A stretch of 64,000 nucleotides of DNA from Takakia lepidozioides (Eukaryota; Plantae; Bryophyta): contig CM060732.1 of assembly GCA_030704615.1 (NCBI GenBank), positions 16,554,001 through 16,618,000 on the forward strand, in the 5' to 3' direction. The notes under the pieces are model-generated. The model did no database searches. It was not told where the DNA came from and saw only the letters and a list, made by a program, of their open reading frames with translations. This document shows positions 63,095 through 64,000 of this stretch, one piece after another. Position 1 is the stretch's first letter, and each line of letters begins with the position of its first letter. Made by a program: the position numbers and the translations under genes.

Positions 63095-64000
63095 GGTCAA
63101 GGAGACAAAGATTCCAGAGGTGCAACAGTTGCCCAAGGGAAATCCTGAGGTGCATATAATACATACACCTGTGTCGGAGGTACCACAAGTACAATGTCAA
63201 GACACTGCAGCACCGGTGATGGATGAAGTGGTTCAAGAAGAAAATCCGGTGGGACAATGGCCTGAGTGGTTCGTGAGACATCACACTGTTGAGGATCAGA
63301 AGGAATAGCAGCAACCTCACCATGATGACCCTCAACAGGCAATGCTGATGAGTTCCATAGGCAGGACACTTAATTTGTTGGGGACTTATGTCAAATCCCA
63401 TGTTCCAACTACCCAATTGACAGCCTTGAGAGAGGAACTCAGGAAGGAATTTGAGGCTCGACTAGCCACTGAGTGTGCAAACAAGGTCGATGAAGAGGTC
63501 ACTTTCAAGATGCAGCAAGACTTGGAGAATACAGAAGCGGCTTTGCAATTGGTCAAGGAACAATTGATTGAGGCAGGCCTCGCGCAAGACCAGTTGCACG
63601 AAGCACATAAGCAACAGCTATACCAAATGCAGGTGCAGCATGAAAGCAAGTTGCAAGAAGTGAATGCACTACATACGGAGTTGCAGACAGTGCATGACAG
63701 GATGGCCATACAATGTGCTACATTCACAACTATGCTTGACCAATCTACAAAAGAAATAAACAGTCAAGCGGAAAAATGTACGAAGGCAGAAGAAGAGAAT
63801 GTTGAGCAAATGAAACTCATTGTCGATATGAAGAATACAATCTGTCGCAATGAGGATACTTTCAAGCGATACAGGCAGGTTGAAGCTGATCAAGAGAAGC
63901 ACATCGTGGAGTTGCAACAAACGCTCATGGCCAATAGAAATGAAATCACGGTCACTAACAAGGCTTGGAAGGAAGCTAATAATCTACTTGCTGCCTATGC
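63095..64000 (+). pseudogene. Additional sense-strand coiled-coil ORF downstream of pol (one stop near 63306, runs off the window)
   Basis: Manual translation continues ...QLTALREELRKEFEARL...LQEVNALHTELQ... to the window end. Confidence 0.55.

Larger units (their letters stand above)
54810..64000 (+). mobile_element. Ty3/gypsy non-chromovirus-type retrotransposon, running off the window; probable 5' LTR ~54810-55600
   Basis: gag-PR-RT-RH-INT order. Left boundary inferred from the break in the MTase frame (TATAGGG, likely decayed TGTAGGG). PBS not identified. Confidence 0.9.

Overview
Eukaryotic, transposon-dense plant DNA, by inference from an early-diverging land plant. One clear host gene: a spliced proline-rich ALE2/extensin-type receptor-like kinase on the minus strand (~29.1-34.2 kb). 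The rest is nested mobile DNA. It includes a young full-length Ty3/gypsy element (3324-14657, 4-bp TSD), a second gypsy family (1-1098 fragment; 54810 to the window end), LINE remnants, CACTA ends and MITEs. There are also several pieces of a Mutator-like family with GCTAnnnCRTGAGC termini, palindromic CGGYRCCG repeat arrays and SWIM-finger transposase fragments. Two observations stand out. (1) The full-length gypsy has circularly permuted ends: its TG...CA termini come from a 20-bp palindrome just downstream of the PPT, and its 3' end reads like a 2-LTR circle junction, suggesting integration from a circle. (2) A spliced beta-class N6A/N4C DNA-methyltransferase-like gene lies directly inside a terminus of the Mutator-like family. 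All alignments, counts and family assignments were made by eye, without database searches.
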